A DNA stretch of 36,207 nucleotides from a virus. Taxonomy: Duplodnaviria > Heunggongvirae > Uroviricota > Caudoviricetes. Below, piece by piece: positions 6,279-13,728 of the stretch (positions are counted from its first letter, which is position 1; every line of letters begins with the position of its first letter). Under the pieces are notes generated by a model. The model did no database searches, was not told the origin of the DNA, and saw nothing but the letters and a program-made list of their open reading frames with translations. The stretch lies in IMG/VR virus record IMGVR_UViG_2541047897_000007, positions 1 to 36,207 of that record; one strand, given 5' to 3'. Made by a program: the position numbers and the translations under genes.

Positions 6279-9101
6279 ATGACGGCAGAGTACATCAGGG
6301 ACTGGCAACAACCGCGCCACGCAGTGGGGCGTGAAGGAACGGGGATCCCCGCTCCTGAATCCGCGCTTTCCTCCTGGCTGGATGCCTACCGGGTAGAGAA
6401 CGAGCGCCGCCAGGAAATGGCTGATGCGGCGTTCTCCGCCACGCCGCTGGGCAACCTGATTAATAAAAGCCTGGACGCACAGGAAAAACAGGACAAAACC
6501 ATCACACTGGCAGGAGACGCCAGAAAACAGGCACGCGGCGCAGTGGATGAAGCCATGACCTCGCTGCGCCTGCTGCCGTCCTATCTGCGCGATCCGCTTA
6601 TTCGCCACCTCTCCTTCCTGCGCAAAAAACAGGAAGCCGATCGCCGGAAAGGCAAAAAGAGCTGGCAGGCGGAACGCTATGCACGCGGAACCCTGCGCAA
6701 AATATTCGAACGTCTGGACCGCACCGATCACCGCTGGCTGACACCGGGTTATCGCTCCCTTGCCGGACGCGAACGCCTGGACGATTTGCTTTACCTGCCG
6801 CAGCTCAACAAACACCAGATACAGACGCTGGCCACCATGACGGCGGCGATGTTCAGCAGCACCTTCGAAAAACTCTGCGATGGCTTTGGCGCGACTGATG
6901 GCGAACTGACCATGGATGTAACGCTGAAGGCGTATCAGATGCTGGCCCGCATGGCGTTACACCTGCACGCCATGCCTCCACATTATGACGCACTGACAAC
7001 AGACAAAGACCGGAGGAACGAACCGGACACAGAGCTGCTGCCGGGCGCAATCCTTCGCCTGACCTGTGCGGAATGGTGGAAACGCAAACTGTGGCTGTTA
7101 CGTTGCGAGTGGAGAGAAGAACAACTCCGCGCCGCCTGTCTGGTTTCCAGAAAAACATCGCCCTATCTGAGCCAGGACGCGTTAAGCGAGTTTCGCGCAC
7201 AGCGCGAGAAAACACGCGATTTCCTGAAAAGTTTCATGCTGGAAAACGAAGACGGGTTCACGATTGATCTCGAGACAGTGTATTACGCGGGAGTAAGTAA
7301 CCCGGTTCACCGTAAGGCAGAAATGATGGCCACCATGAAGGGACTGGAACTTCTGGCCGAAGCCCGTGGCGACAGAGCGGTGTTTCTGACTGTCACCTGC
7401 CCGTCAAAATACCACGCAACAACGGAGAACGGTCATCCGAACCCCAAATGGAACGGGGCCACCATGCGCGACTCCAGCGATTACCTGGTTAACACGTTTT
7501 TTGCGGCGGTCCGCAAAAAACTGAACCGCGACGGCCTGCGCTGGTATGGCATCCGCACGGTGGAGCCTCACCATGACGGCACCGTGCACTGGCATATGAT
7601 GGTCTTTGCTCATCCGGAAGAAATCGACAGCATCGTGGCCATCACCCGCGATATTGCCATTCAGGAAGACCGCCACGAGCTGGGCAATGATATTACTCCG
7701 CGCTTTAAAGTGGAGTATGTCGACGGCTCAAAAGGCACACCAACCAGCTATATCGCGACCTACATCGGGAAAAACCTGGACAGCCGCGCCGTGGATGGCA
7801 TCGACCCGAAAACGGGCAAACCACGCGTTGACCACGAAACCGGAAAATCAATGGCCGAGAGCGTGGAGCGCGCCATCGGTTGGGCACGCCTTCACCGGGT
7901 CCGCCAGTTCCAGTTCTTTGGCATCCCCTCCCGTCAGGTGTGGCGTGAACTCCGCCGCCTTGCCAGCCAGATGGCACGCAACCCGGAAGGCCCGCAACGG
8001 CTGAAGGATGACGCAATGGATGCGGTACTCGCTGCCGCTGATGCCGGATGTTTTGCCACCTACATAGAGAAACAGGGCGGCGTACTTGTTCCACGCAAAG
8101 ACTACCTGATTCGCACCGCCTACGACCTCGCCGATGAGCTGAACGATTACGGCGAACAGAGTGTACAGATTTACGGGATCTGGTCACCACTCATCGGGGA
8201 ATCCTCCCGTGTGTGCACGCACCCGGATAACTGGAAGCTGGTAAGACGTAAACCGGAACAGGAAGGCAGCGCCCACGAAAATGGTTTTGACCTTCAGGGC
8301 GGCCCTGCCGCCCCTTGGACTCGTGGCAATAACTGTCCCCGTGTACAGGAAACGGACAACAACGGGACAGAACAGCCGGAAGAACGGCCAGCACCGTGGC
8401 CGCAGCTCCCTGACGGCGTTGAAGTGAACGAATGGATGCGCTCACTGAAACGGCACGAACGCCGGGCGCTGATGCGTTCGCTTCGTGACAAACAGGCAAA
8501 AAACAGCAGTGATGAAATGCAGAGCTGGACACAGAGCCGCAAACAGCAGCGGCCTTTGCCTGATAACCACGAATTACTCGCTAAAGAATGGCGGGAGTCT
8601 GCTGAATCTCTCGGCCTGCATATCGGTGAACAACAGATGCAGCACCTGTTACGGGGCGGCAGTCTGTACGTTGACGGCAGCATCATTGCACCGCAGGGAT
8701 TTGAAATTGTACGCAAACCGGATACCCGCCCGGACAGCCGAATCACGCAGCTCTGGCAGCGCCTGAGCCGTAATCACGGCGTAAGCAGCACGGAGATCCG
8801 CCATAACCCGGTCGCCAGCTATCTGGCGCAACTGGGGGCATCAGACCCTGAAGCCGCCGCACGCCTGGCATCCACACTTCAGCAGGACCAGAACACCATG
8901 AAAACACCCGTTACCGTGCTTTCTGACATGCTGCGCGCCATCCGCGACACAGAGCACGCACAGAGAATCAGTGAAACCACTGAACGCGCCCGCCGCAAAG
9001 CAGACCTGCTGCGGGGTGGCCTGACCATTGGAAACAAAAAACAGACAGAAACGGGATTCACAAATCCCGTAAATGAGCAAAAAACGCGCCGCGATATATG
9101 A
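6279..9101 (+). CDS. A: replication initiation endonuclease (P2 gpA-like, rolling-circle HUH nuclease)
   Basis: 940-aa ORF; HUH-type motif VHWHMMVFAH and tyrosine pair in SYIATYIGK; position after the early operon as in P2. Confidence 0.9.
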   Translation: MTAEYIRDWQQPRHAVGREGTGIPAPESALSSWLDAYRVENERRQEMADAAFSATPLGNLINKSLDAQEKQDKTITLAGDARKQARGAVDEAMTSLRLLPSYLRDPLIRHLSFLRKKQEADRRKGKKSWQAERYARGTLRKIFERLDRTDHRWLTPGYRSLAGRERLDDLLYLPQLNKHQIQTLATMTAAMFSSTFEKLCDGFGATDGELTMDVTLKAYQMLARMALHLHAMPPHYDALTTDKDRRNEPDTELLPGAILRLTCAEWWKRKLWLLRCEWREEQLRAACLVSRKTSPYLSQDALSEFRAQREKTRDFLKSFMLENEDGFTIDLETVYYAGVSNPVHRKAEMMATMKGLELLAEARGDRAVFLTVTCPSKYHATTENGHPNPKWNGATMRDSSDYLVNTFFAAVRKKLNRDGLRWYGIRTVEPHHDGTVHWHMMVFAHPEEIDSIVAITRDIAIQEDRHELGNDITPRFKVEYVDGSKGTPTSYIATYIGKNLDSRAVDGIDPKTGKPRVDHETGKSMAESVERAIGWARLHRVRQFQFFGIPSRQVWRELRRLASQMARNPEGPQRLKDDAMDAVLAAADAGCFATYIEKQGGVLVPRKDYLIRTAYDLADELNDYGEQSVQIYGIWSPLIGESSRVCTHPDNWKLVRRKPEQEGSAHENGFDLQGGPAAPWTRGNNCPRVQETDNNGTEQPEERPAPWPQLPDGVEVNEWMRSLKRHERRALMRSLRDKQAKNSSDEMQSWTQSRKQQRPLPDNHELLAKEWRESAESLGLHIGEQQMQHLLRGGSLYVDGSIIAPQGFEIVRKPDTRPDSRITQLWQRLSRNHGVSSTEIRHNPVASYLAQLGASDPEAAARLASTLQQDQNTMKTPVTVLSDMLRAIRDTEHAQRISETTERARRKADLLRGGLTIGNKKQTETGFTNPVNEQKTRRDI

Positions 9102-9146
9102 AGCGCGCATAAAACAGGCAAAAACGGGATTTCAGAATCCCGTAAA
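9049..9146. promoter_or_regulatory. two 25-bp dyad repeats, candidate centromere/operator for the downstream parMR-like operon
   Basis: aaacgggattcacaaatcccgtaaa (9049..9073) and aaacgggatttcagaatcccgtaaa (9122..9146), each an 8-bp-arm inverted repeat, spaced 73 bp; the first lies inside the 3' end of gene A. Confidence 0.4.
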
Positions 9147-9177
9147 CGATTAATTAATCAACATAAGGAAAAGCGAC

Positions 9178-10137
9178 ATGAAAATTTGTATCGATGACGG
9201 CTCCACCAACATCAAGCTGGCATGGACTGAGAACGGCGAACGCCGCAACGCCATCAGCCCAAACAGCTTCAAGTCGGAATGGTCTGCGCCGTTCGGTGGC
9301 ACGCAGCCCGCGAACTACATGCTTGATGGCGTGCGCTATGGTTTTGATCCGGTCAGCGATCGCTTTGTCCAGACGACCGACACGCAATACCAGTACAGCG
9401 ATGTGAATGTCATTGCCATTCATCACGCGCTGGTCAAATCAGGCATCACACCACAGGAAGTGGATGTGGTTGTCACCCTGCCACTGAGCGAATATTTCGA
9501 CACAAACGCACAGCCGGTCATGGCCAACATCAACCGCAAAAAAGCAAACGTCATGCGCCCGGTGGCGTACCAGAACGGAAAAGCATTCACTATCCGTAAC
9601 GTACGGGTTATGCCTGAATCCATTCCGGCTGGTTTTAAAGCACTGGCTGACATGAGTCCGTTTGAATCCCTGCTGATTGTGGATTTAGGCGGAACCACGC
9701 TGGATGTGGCAAAGGTTCAGGGACAACTGGCAGGTATCAGCCAGGTGTTTTGCGATCCACACGTAGGCGTTTCCCTGATGGCCGATGCCGTACTGTCGGT
9801 GATGGCCACTAACGGTATGCGTACCAGTCACCACATCGCCAATACCATTATCGAACATCGCCATGATGAAGCTTGGCTGCGCCAGCACATCCACAATGAC
9901 GCGCATTACGACAGCCTGATAGCGGTTATTCGTGAAAAGGAAGAAACACTGAAACAACGCGTGATCCGCGCGCTGGCGGGTTTTTCGGGTTACGGGCGGG
10001 TGATGGTTGTCGGTGGCGGGGCGGAGATTGTGGCACCCGCTATCCGCGAAGCCTGCGGAGTTAATGCGACTTTCATCGCGGACGGGGTGCCACAGTTTGC
10101 TCTGGTTAATGGGCTGTACGCAATGGACAAGGAGTAA
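9178..10137 (+). CDS. parM: ParM/StbA-like actin-type segregation ATPase
   Basis: 319-aa ORF; actin-fold motifs IDDGSTNIKL, IVDLGGTTLD and VVGGGAE; close match along its length to plasmid R1 ParM as recalled from memory. Confidence 0.85.
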   Translation: MKICIDDGSTNIKLAWTENGERRNAISPNSFKSEWSAPFGGTQPANYMLDGVRYGFDPVSDRFVQTTDTQYQYSDVNVIAIHHALVKSGITPQEVDVVVTLPLSEYFDTNAQPVMANINRKKANVMRPVAYQNGKAFTIRNVRVMPESIPAGFKALADMSPFESLLIVDLGGTTLDVAKVQGQLAGISQVFCDPHVGVSLMADAVLSVMATNGMRTSHHIANTIIEHRHDEAWLRQHIHNDAHYDSLIAVIREKEETLKQRVIRALAGFSGYGRVMVVGGGAEIVAPAIREACGVNATFIADGVPQFALVNGLYAMDKE

Positions 10138-10141
10138 ACCA

Positions 10142-10453
10142 ATGACGACACCAACCAGACGGATAAGTTTCTATCTGAAGCCCGCCGCCGTCAAGAACGA
10201 AGGCGAAGCATGCGCCTGGCTGGACAGCCTTACACCAGAAGCCCGCAAAAGTGGTCAACGTGTGGCTTTTCTGGCCGGACTGGCACTTATGAAAATTAAT
10301 CCGGCAGAGGCTTACCGACTGGCTGCATGGGCTGACGATGAAGCGTTATCCCTGACACAAACCAGGACAGAACGCCCCGTGTCACAGCCAGCACCAACCG
10401 CACAGATAACCAGTCAGATGGCCGGAAATATCCGGGCGTTATTTCCCGAATAA
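10142..10453 (+). CDS. parR: ParR-like centromere-binding adaptor (candidate)
   Basis: 103-aa product from the ATG at 10142 with AGGAG RBS; RRISFYLKP...AGLAL...LFPE resembles R1 ParR as recalled from memory; position directly after the parM-like gene. Confidence 0.55.
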   Translation: MTTPTRRISFYLKPAAVKNEGEACAWLDSLTPEARKSGQRVAFLAGLALMKINPAEAYRLAAWADDEALSLTQTRTERPVSQPAPTAQITSQMAGNIRALFPE

Positions 10454-10516
10454 CACAACATCAGGGCGCATCCGCCCTGATGACTTTAACCCGGGAACAT
10501 AAACAAGGGGGACACA

Positions 10517-10849
10517 ATGCAACACATTGACAGAGAAAAAGCGCAGCGACTGATTGAGCGGATGGAAGCGCTGGCGCAAGAAGAAAATGTCAACATCCAA
10601 AAAATAGCTGAATGTGGCCAGATAGTTCTTCGTCGTGAAAAAGACCTCAAACAACTGATGTCTGGCAAAACCAGCAAAACATGGGATTCAGGCGAGGAAA
10701 TGATTTATTGCAGCTTCTGCAATAAATCCCAGTACGAAGTCACAAAGGTGATTGCTGGACCGTCTGTTTACATCTGCAATGAGTGCGTGGATTTGTGCAA
10801 TGAAATTATCAGGAGAGAAGTGGCAGACAAAAAGGGAAAAAACACATGA
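10517..10849 (+). CDS. stand-alone ClpX-type C4 zinc-finger (ZBD) domain protein
   Basis: 110-aa ORF with strong RBS; C-terminal [38 protein letters not shown] is near-identical in pattern to the E. coli ClpX N-terminal zinc-binding domain, including the spacing of all four Cys; no AAA+ module follows. Confidence 0.75.
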   Translation: MQHIDREKAQRLIERMEALAQEENVNIQKIAECGQIVLRREKDLKQLMSGKTSKTWDSGEEMIYCSFCNKSQYEVTKVIAGPSVYICNECVDLCNEIIRREVADKKGKNT

Positions 10850-11160
10850 ACAGAAAACAAAAACAAGAGTTGAAATACTTTTTACGTAAAGAAATTGCCA
10901 GGCTTGAAGATGCAGAATCACGATCATCAGAAATTCCGTTCGGAATGGATATCAACGACGCCCGTATGCTCCAGGCATACCGTATAGCTCAGGCTGCACT
11001 ACAGGCAAAACCGTCAGATGGACTGGTTAGAGCAGTACGTTTCTATGAACTGGTAAAGCGTGAGAATCCGCCAACCGAAACCGGAGCATGGAAAGACGCT
11101 GTTGACTGGGTGCTCAGAGAAGCTTGCCAGACTGTAAACATTGGTATCAAAGGAGAGTGA
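10846..11160 (+). CDS. hypothetical protein
   Basis: 104-aa ORF, start overlaps the upstream stop. Confidence 0.55.
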   Translation: MNRKQKQELKYFLRKEIARLEDAESRSSEIPFGMDINDARMLQAYRIAQAALQAKPSDGLVRAVRFYELVKRENPPTETGAWKDAVDWVLREACQTVNIGIKGE

Positions 11161-11162
11161 GA

Positions 11163-11654
11163 GTGCAGATTTCACCGGTTACTCTTCGTGTTGCGAAGGC
11201 ATTTATATCCAGACATCACCGACACAATAAACCCCCGGTGGGGCATAAATTCAGCATTGGTCTGAGAAATGATGCCGGAGAATTGATAGGTGTGGCGACA
11301 GCCGGTCGACCTGTTGCACGACATTTGGACGATGGATTAACGCTTGAAGTAAATCGCACATGTACCACAGGAGAACGCAACGCTAACAGCGCGCTTTATG
11401 GTGCTGTCTGGCGGGCAGCAAAAGCTATGGGTTATCAACGTTGTATTACGTACACCCGGGCAGATGAATCAGGAGCATCTCTTCGCGCAGCTGGTTTTGT
11501 TCGTGTGAAAGAGCTTCCTCCAAGAAAAAGCTGGGCGGAATCAAGCGTCGCCCTGCGGAGTAAACGCGATCCGGTCGGAAACGGTGGTGTTCCTCGTGTG
11601 CTCTGGGAAATCAGGAGAATGAGTACCACTGGCATTCGCATCAAAGGAGAGTGA
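11163..11654 (+). CDS. hypothetical protein (weak GNAT-like resemblance)
   Basis: GTG start at 11163 with AGGAG 6 nt upstream preferred over the overlapping ATG at 11124; 163 aa. Confidence 0.45.
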   Translation: MQISPVTLRVAKAFISRHHRHNKPPVGHKFSIGLRNDAGELIGVATAGRPVARHLDDGLTLEVNRTCTTGERNANSALYGAVWRAAKAMGYQRCITYTRADESGASLRAAGFVRVKELPPRKSWAESSVALRSKRDPVGNGGVPRVLWEIRRMSTTGIRIKGE

Positions 11655-11655
11655 T

Positions 11656-11919
11656 ATGGCAACTTTAACAAAAAAAGAACGGGCATGGTTGAATGAATTA
11701 CAGGACGTTCTTGATCGCTGCCCATCACCGAAAAAAATTGGTTTTTACACCATTGGCGATAAAAGCATTTACCTGTATGACCTGCGCCGCATGGATGAAA
11801 TCATGGAGGCTCTTGATAATCGTTCGTCAATGGATTGGTGTGTTGCTGTTCATGATATGAATGCAGGGTTTGATGAAAAGATTTTGTTCCCCTCATCAGT
11901 TGAAAGCACAGCAGGATAA
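11656..11919 (+). CDS. hypothetical protein
   Basis: 87-aa ORF starting 2 nt after the upstream stop, preceded by the same aaaggagagtga junction seen at 11149..11160. Confidence 0.55.
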   Translation: MATLTKKERAWLNELQDVLDRCPSPKKIGFYTIGDKSIYLYDLRRMDEIMEALDNRSSMDWCVAVHDMNAGFDEKILFPSSVESTAG

Positions 11920-11929
11920 GGACTAACAC

Positions 11930-12190
11930 ATGACAACTTTCACCGACAAAGAACTGATTAAAGAAATCAAAGAGCGCATAGGCAGCCTGGACGTTCGAGA
12001 CAATATTGAGCGCCGTGCTTATGAAATTGCACTGGCATCACTGGAAGCAGAGCCAGTAGCATGGATGCATGTAAATAACGGCATCGGAATACCAGCAATA
12101 ACAAGGAGTAAAGAGGTTGCAGAGAGTTGGTTATCAAAAGGCTGGTATGTCCAACCCTTGCATCTAGCCCAGCCTGCATCAAAGCTATAG
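11930..12190 (+). CDS. hypothetical protein
   Basis: 86-aa ORF with RBS aggact; last gene of the island. Confidence 0.55.
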   Translation: MTTFTDKELIKEIKERIGSLDVRDNIERRAYEIALASLEAEPVAWMHVNNGIGIPAITRSKEVAESWLSKGWYVQPLHLAQPASKL

Positions 12191-12200
12191 AAATGAGCCA

Positions 12201-12229
12201 AAACGCCCTCTTCCAGGGCGTTTATTTTA
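12201..12229 (+). terminator. rho-independent terminator ending the early/accessory operon
   Basis: aaacgccct-cttcc-agggcgttt hairpin followed by a T-rich tract. Confidence 0.55.
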
Positions 12230-12681
12230 ATGCACAATAGTGCACAAATTTGCACAATTTTTTTGAACGACTTTTTGCCCTTCCGGCCCCCGTGGCGGCT
12301 GGATCCGTCAAGGATCCGTGCGTGCACAAAAAAACGCGTTTTTTCTGCGCGCAGGTGACGGGGGAACAGCCCGCGTTTCAGGGGGTAAATAGCGTTCCCT
12401 TAACGATGTCGCAGCGACACGACAGAATGGCCGTATTTCTCACGCTGAGCGTGAAAAATACGTGAGGGATTCTGATTTGATGGGGTGAAAGGTAAGGCCG
12501 TCAAAATCGCACTGAGGCGGCGAGAACATGCAGTCAACGCGGTGGGATTGCGTAAGAGTCTGACCGTCGATGGTGGCGATAAACTGGAAGGCGTCGTGAA
12601 ATTATCTGACTGATACAGGAGCTGGAGAGTCGGGGCATAAATTTTTTATGCCCCGGCGAAGCAGCAGACAAGCGAAGCGCG

Positions 12682-13728
12682 TCAGGATGTGGGCTGGATG
12701 TCTAACAGTGCGTAAGGGTTAAAGCGGATCACCTCTTCGCCAAGCCAGTCATTGATGTGCTTCATGGCCTCCATGACGGGCATCAGCTCGTTAATTGCGT
12801 AAACCCGCGCGGCCTTCTCCACATCACCAAACGCACTTTTTTCACCCGGCATCGCCCCCATCAGTTGCGGCGGAACGCGGTGCGCAGCCAGCACATCATC
12901 ACGGGATGCCGCCTTAACATTCATGAACTCATCCTTTGCGGTGATCTGCTGGAACGGCAAAATTTGCACCCCCTCTTTGCCCCCGTTGGGCGCATGAATG
13001 AGCACGTTTTTAAACGCACCACCACCACGCGCACCCTGTAGCGTTTCTTTCAGGGAGTCCATGCTTTCGCGGTTTACCTGCGCTGCACCGATGTAGATGA
13101 TGCACCCGGCGTGGGATCCGTTGTCGTAGTACAGTTTTCTGAACATGTCCGCCGAATGAGACAGGCTGGCCGAGAGTAATGCGCCGAGATATTCCGGCAT
13201 GCCGTAGATTTCCTGATTAATATCCGGATTCATCAGGTGACACACTTTGCCTGGGCGAAACTGAAACGCATCCTTGCCATCCTGCACATACCACCATGAT
13301 TCAAGATCGCTTCCGCGTCGCATGTATTTCGCCAGTGCGTGCCGTAATTTAAGCGGTTCGCCGAGCATATTGCTCCGAAGCTCAAGGAATGCGTTACCGA
13401 ACACAAACCAGTCCAGCGCCAGCGCCGAGAAATCCTGCCGGGAAAGCAGCGGGTGCGGGATGTAGCAACCGAGTAATACATTGCGCTTAAAGTAAAGCGC
13501 AGACTGATGCCAGGACGTTTGCCGGGCAGCTCTTGCCAGACCGTACCAGTCCACCGGGGTTTCATACCACCGCCCGTTATCAGCACAGTACATATTGTCC
13601 AGCAGATCATGCCCGGTCAGGCGATAAGGACCATCAAATGTGAATGCACTGAGCGATGATTCTTTCCTGAGCGCATCAGCGAGATCAATGCGTGAACTCA
13701 TGCGCACTTTTTTATTTTTTCTGCTCAT
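12682..13728 (-). CDS. Q: portal protein (P2 gpQ-like)
   Basis: 348-aa ORF; size and position match P2 Q, paired with the terminase ATPase gene directly upstream. Confidence 0.85.
   Translation of the reverse strand: MSRKNKKVRMSSRIDLADALRKESSLSAFTFDGPYRLTGHDLLDNMYCADNGRWYETPVDWYGLARAARQTSWHQSALYFKRNVLLGCYIPHPLLSRQDFSALALDWFVFGNAFLELRSNMLGEPLKLRHALAKYMRRGSDLESWWYVQDGKDAFQFRPGKVCHLMNPDINQEIYGMPEYLGALLSASLSHSADMFRKLYYDNGSHAGCIIYIGAAQVNRESMDSLKETLQGARGGGAFKNVLIHAPNGGKEGVQILPFQQITAKDEFMNVKAASRDDVLAAHRVPPQLMGAMPGEKSAFGDVEKAARVYAINELMPVMEAMKHINDWLGEEVIRFNPYALLDIQPTS

Noticed and set aside
5742-6815. 357-aa minus-strand ORF
   Set aside because: Antisense to the start of gene A and the upstream early gene; Ala/Gly/Arg-rich shadow-frame composition, no RBS context.
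7404-8746. Several minus-strand and alternative-frame ORFs of 90 to 161 aa inside gene A
   Set aside because: All lie within the gpA-like coding region and have Arg/Cys/Ser-rich composition typical of out-of-frame translation of GC-rich coding DNA.
10007-10141. Upstream extension of the ParR-like ORF to an ATG at 10007
   Set aside because: It would overlap the last 130 bp of the parM-like gene; the ATG at 10142 has an AGGAG RBS and gives a ParR-sized product.
12250-12465. 71-aa plus-strand ORF in the A-island/Q intergenic region
   Set aside because: No RBS, unusual composition, and it lies in the repeat-rich region more likely to be cos and packaging signals.
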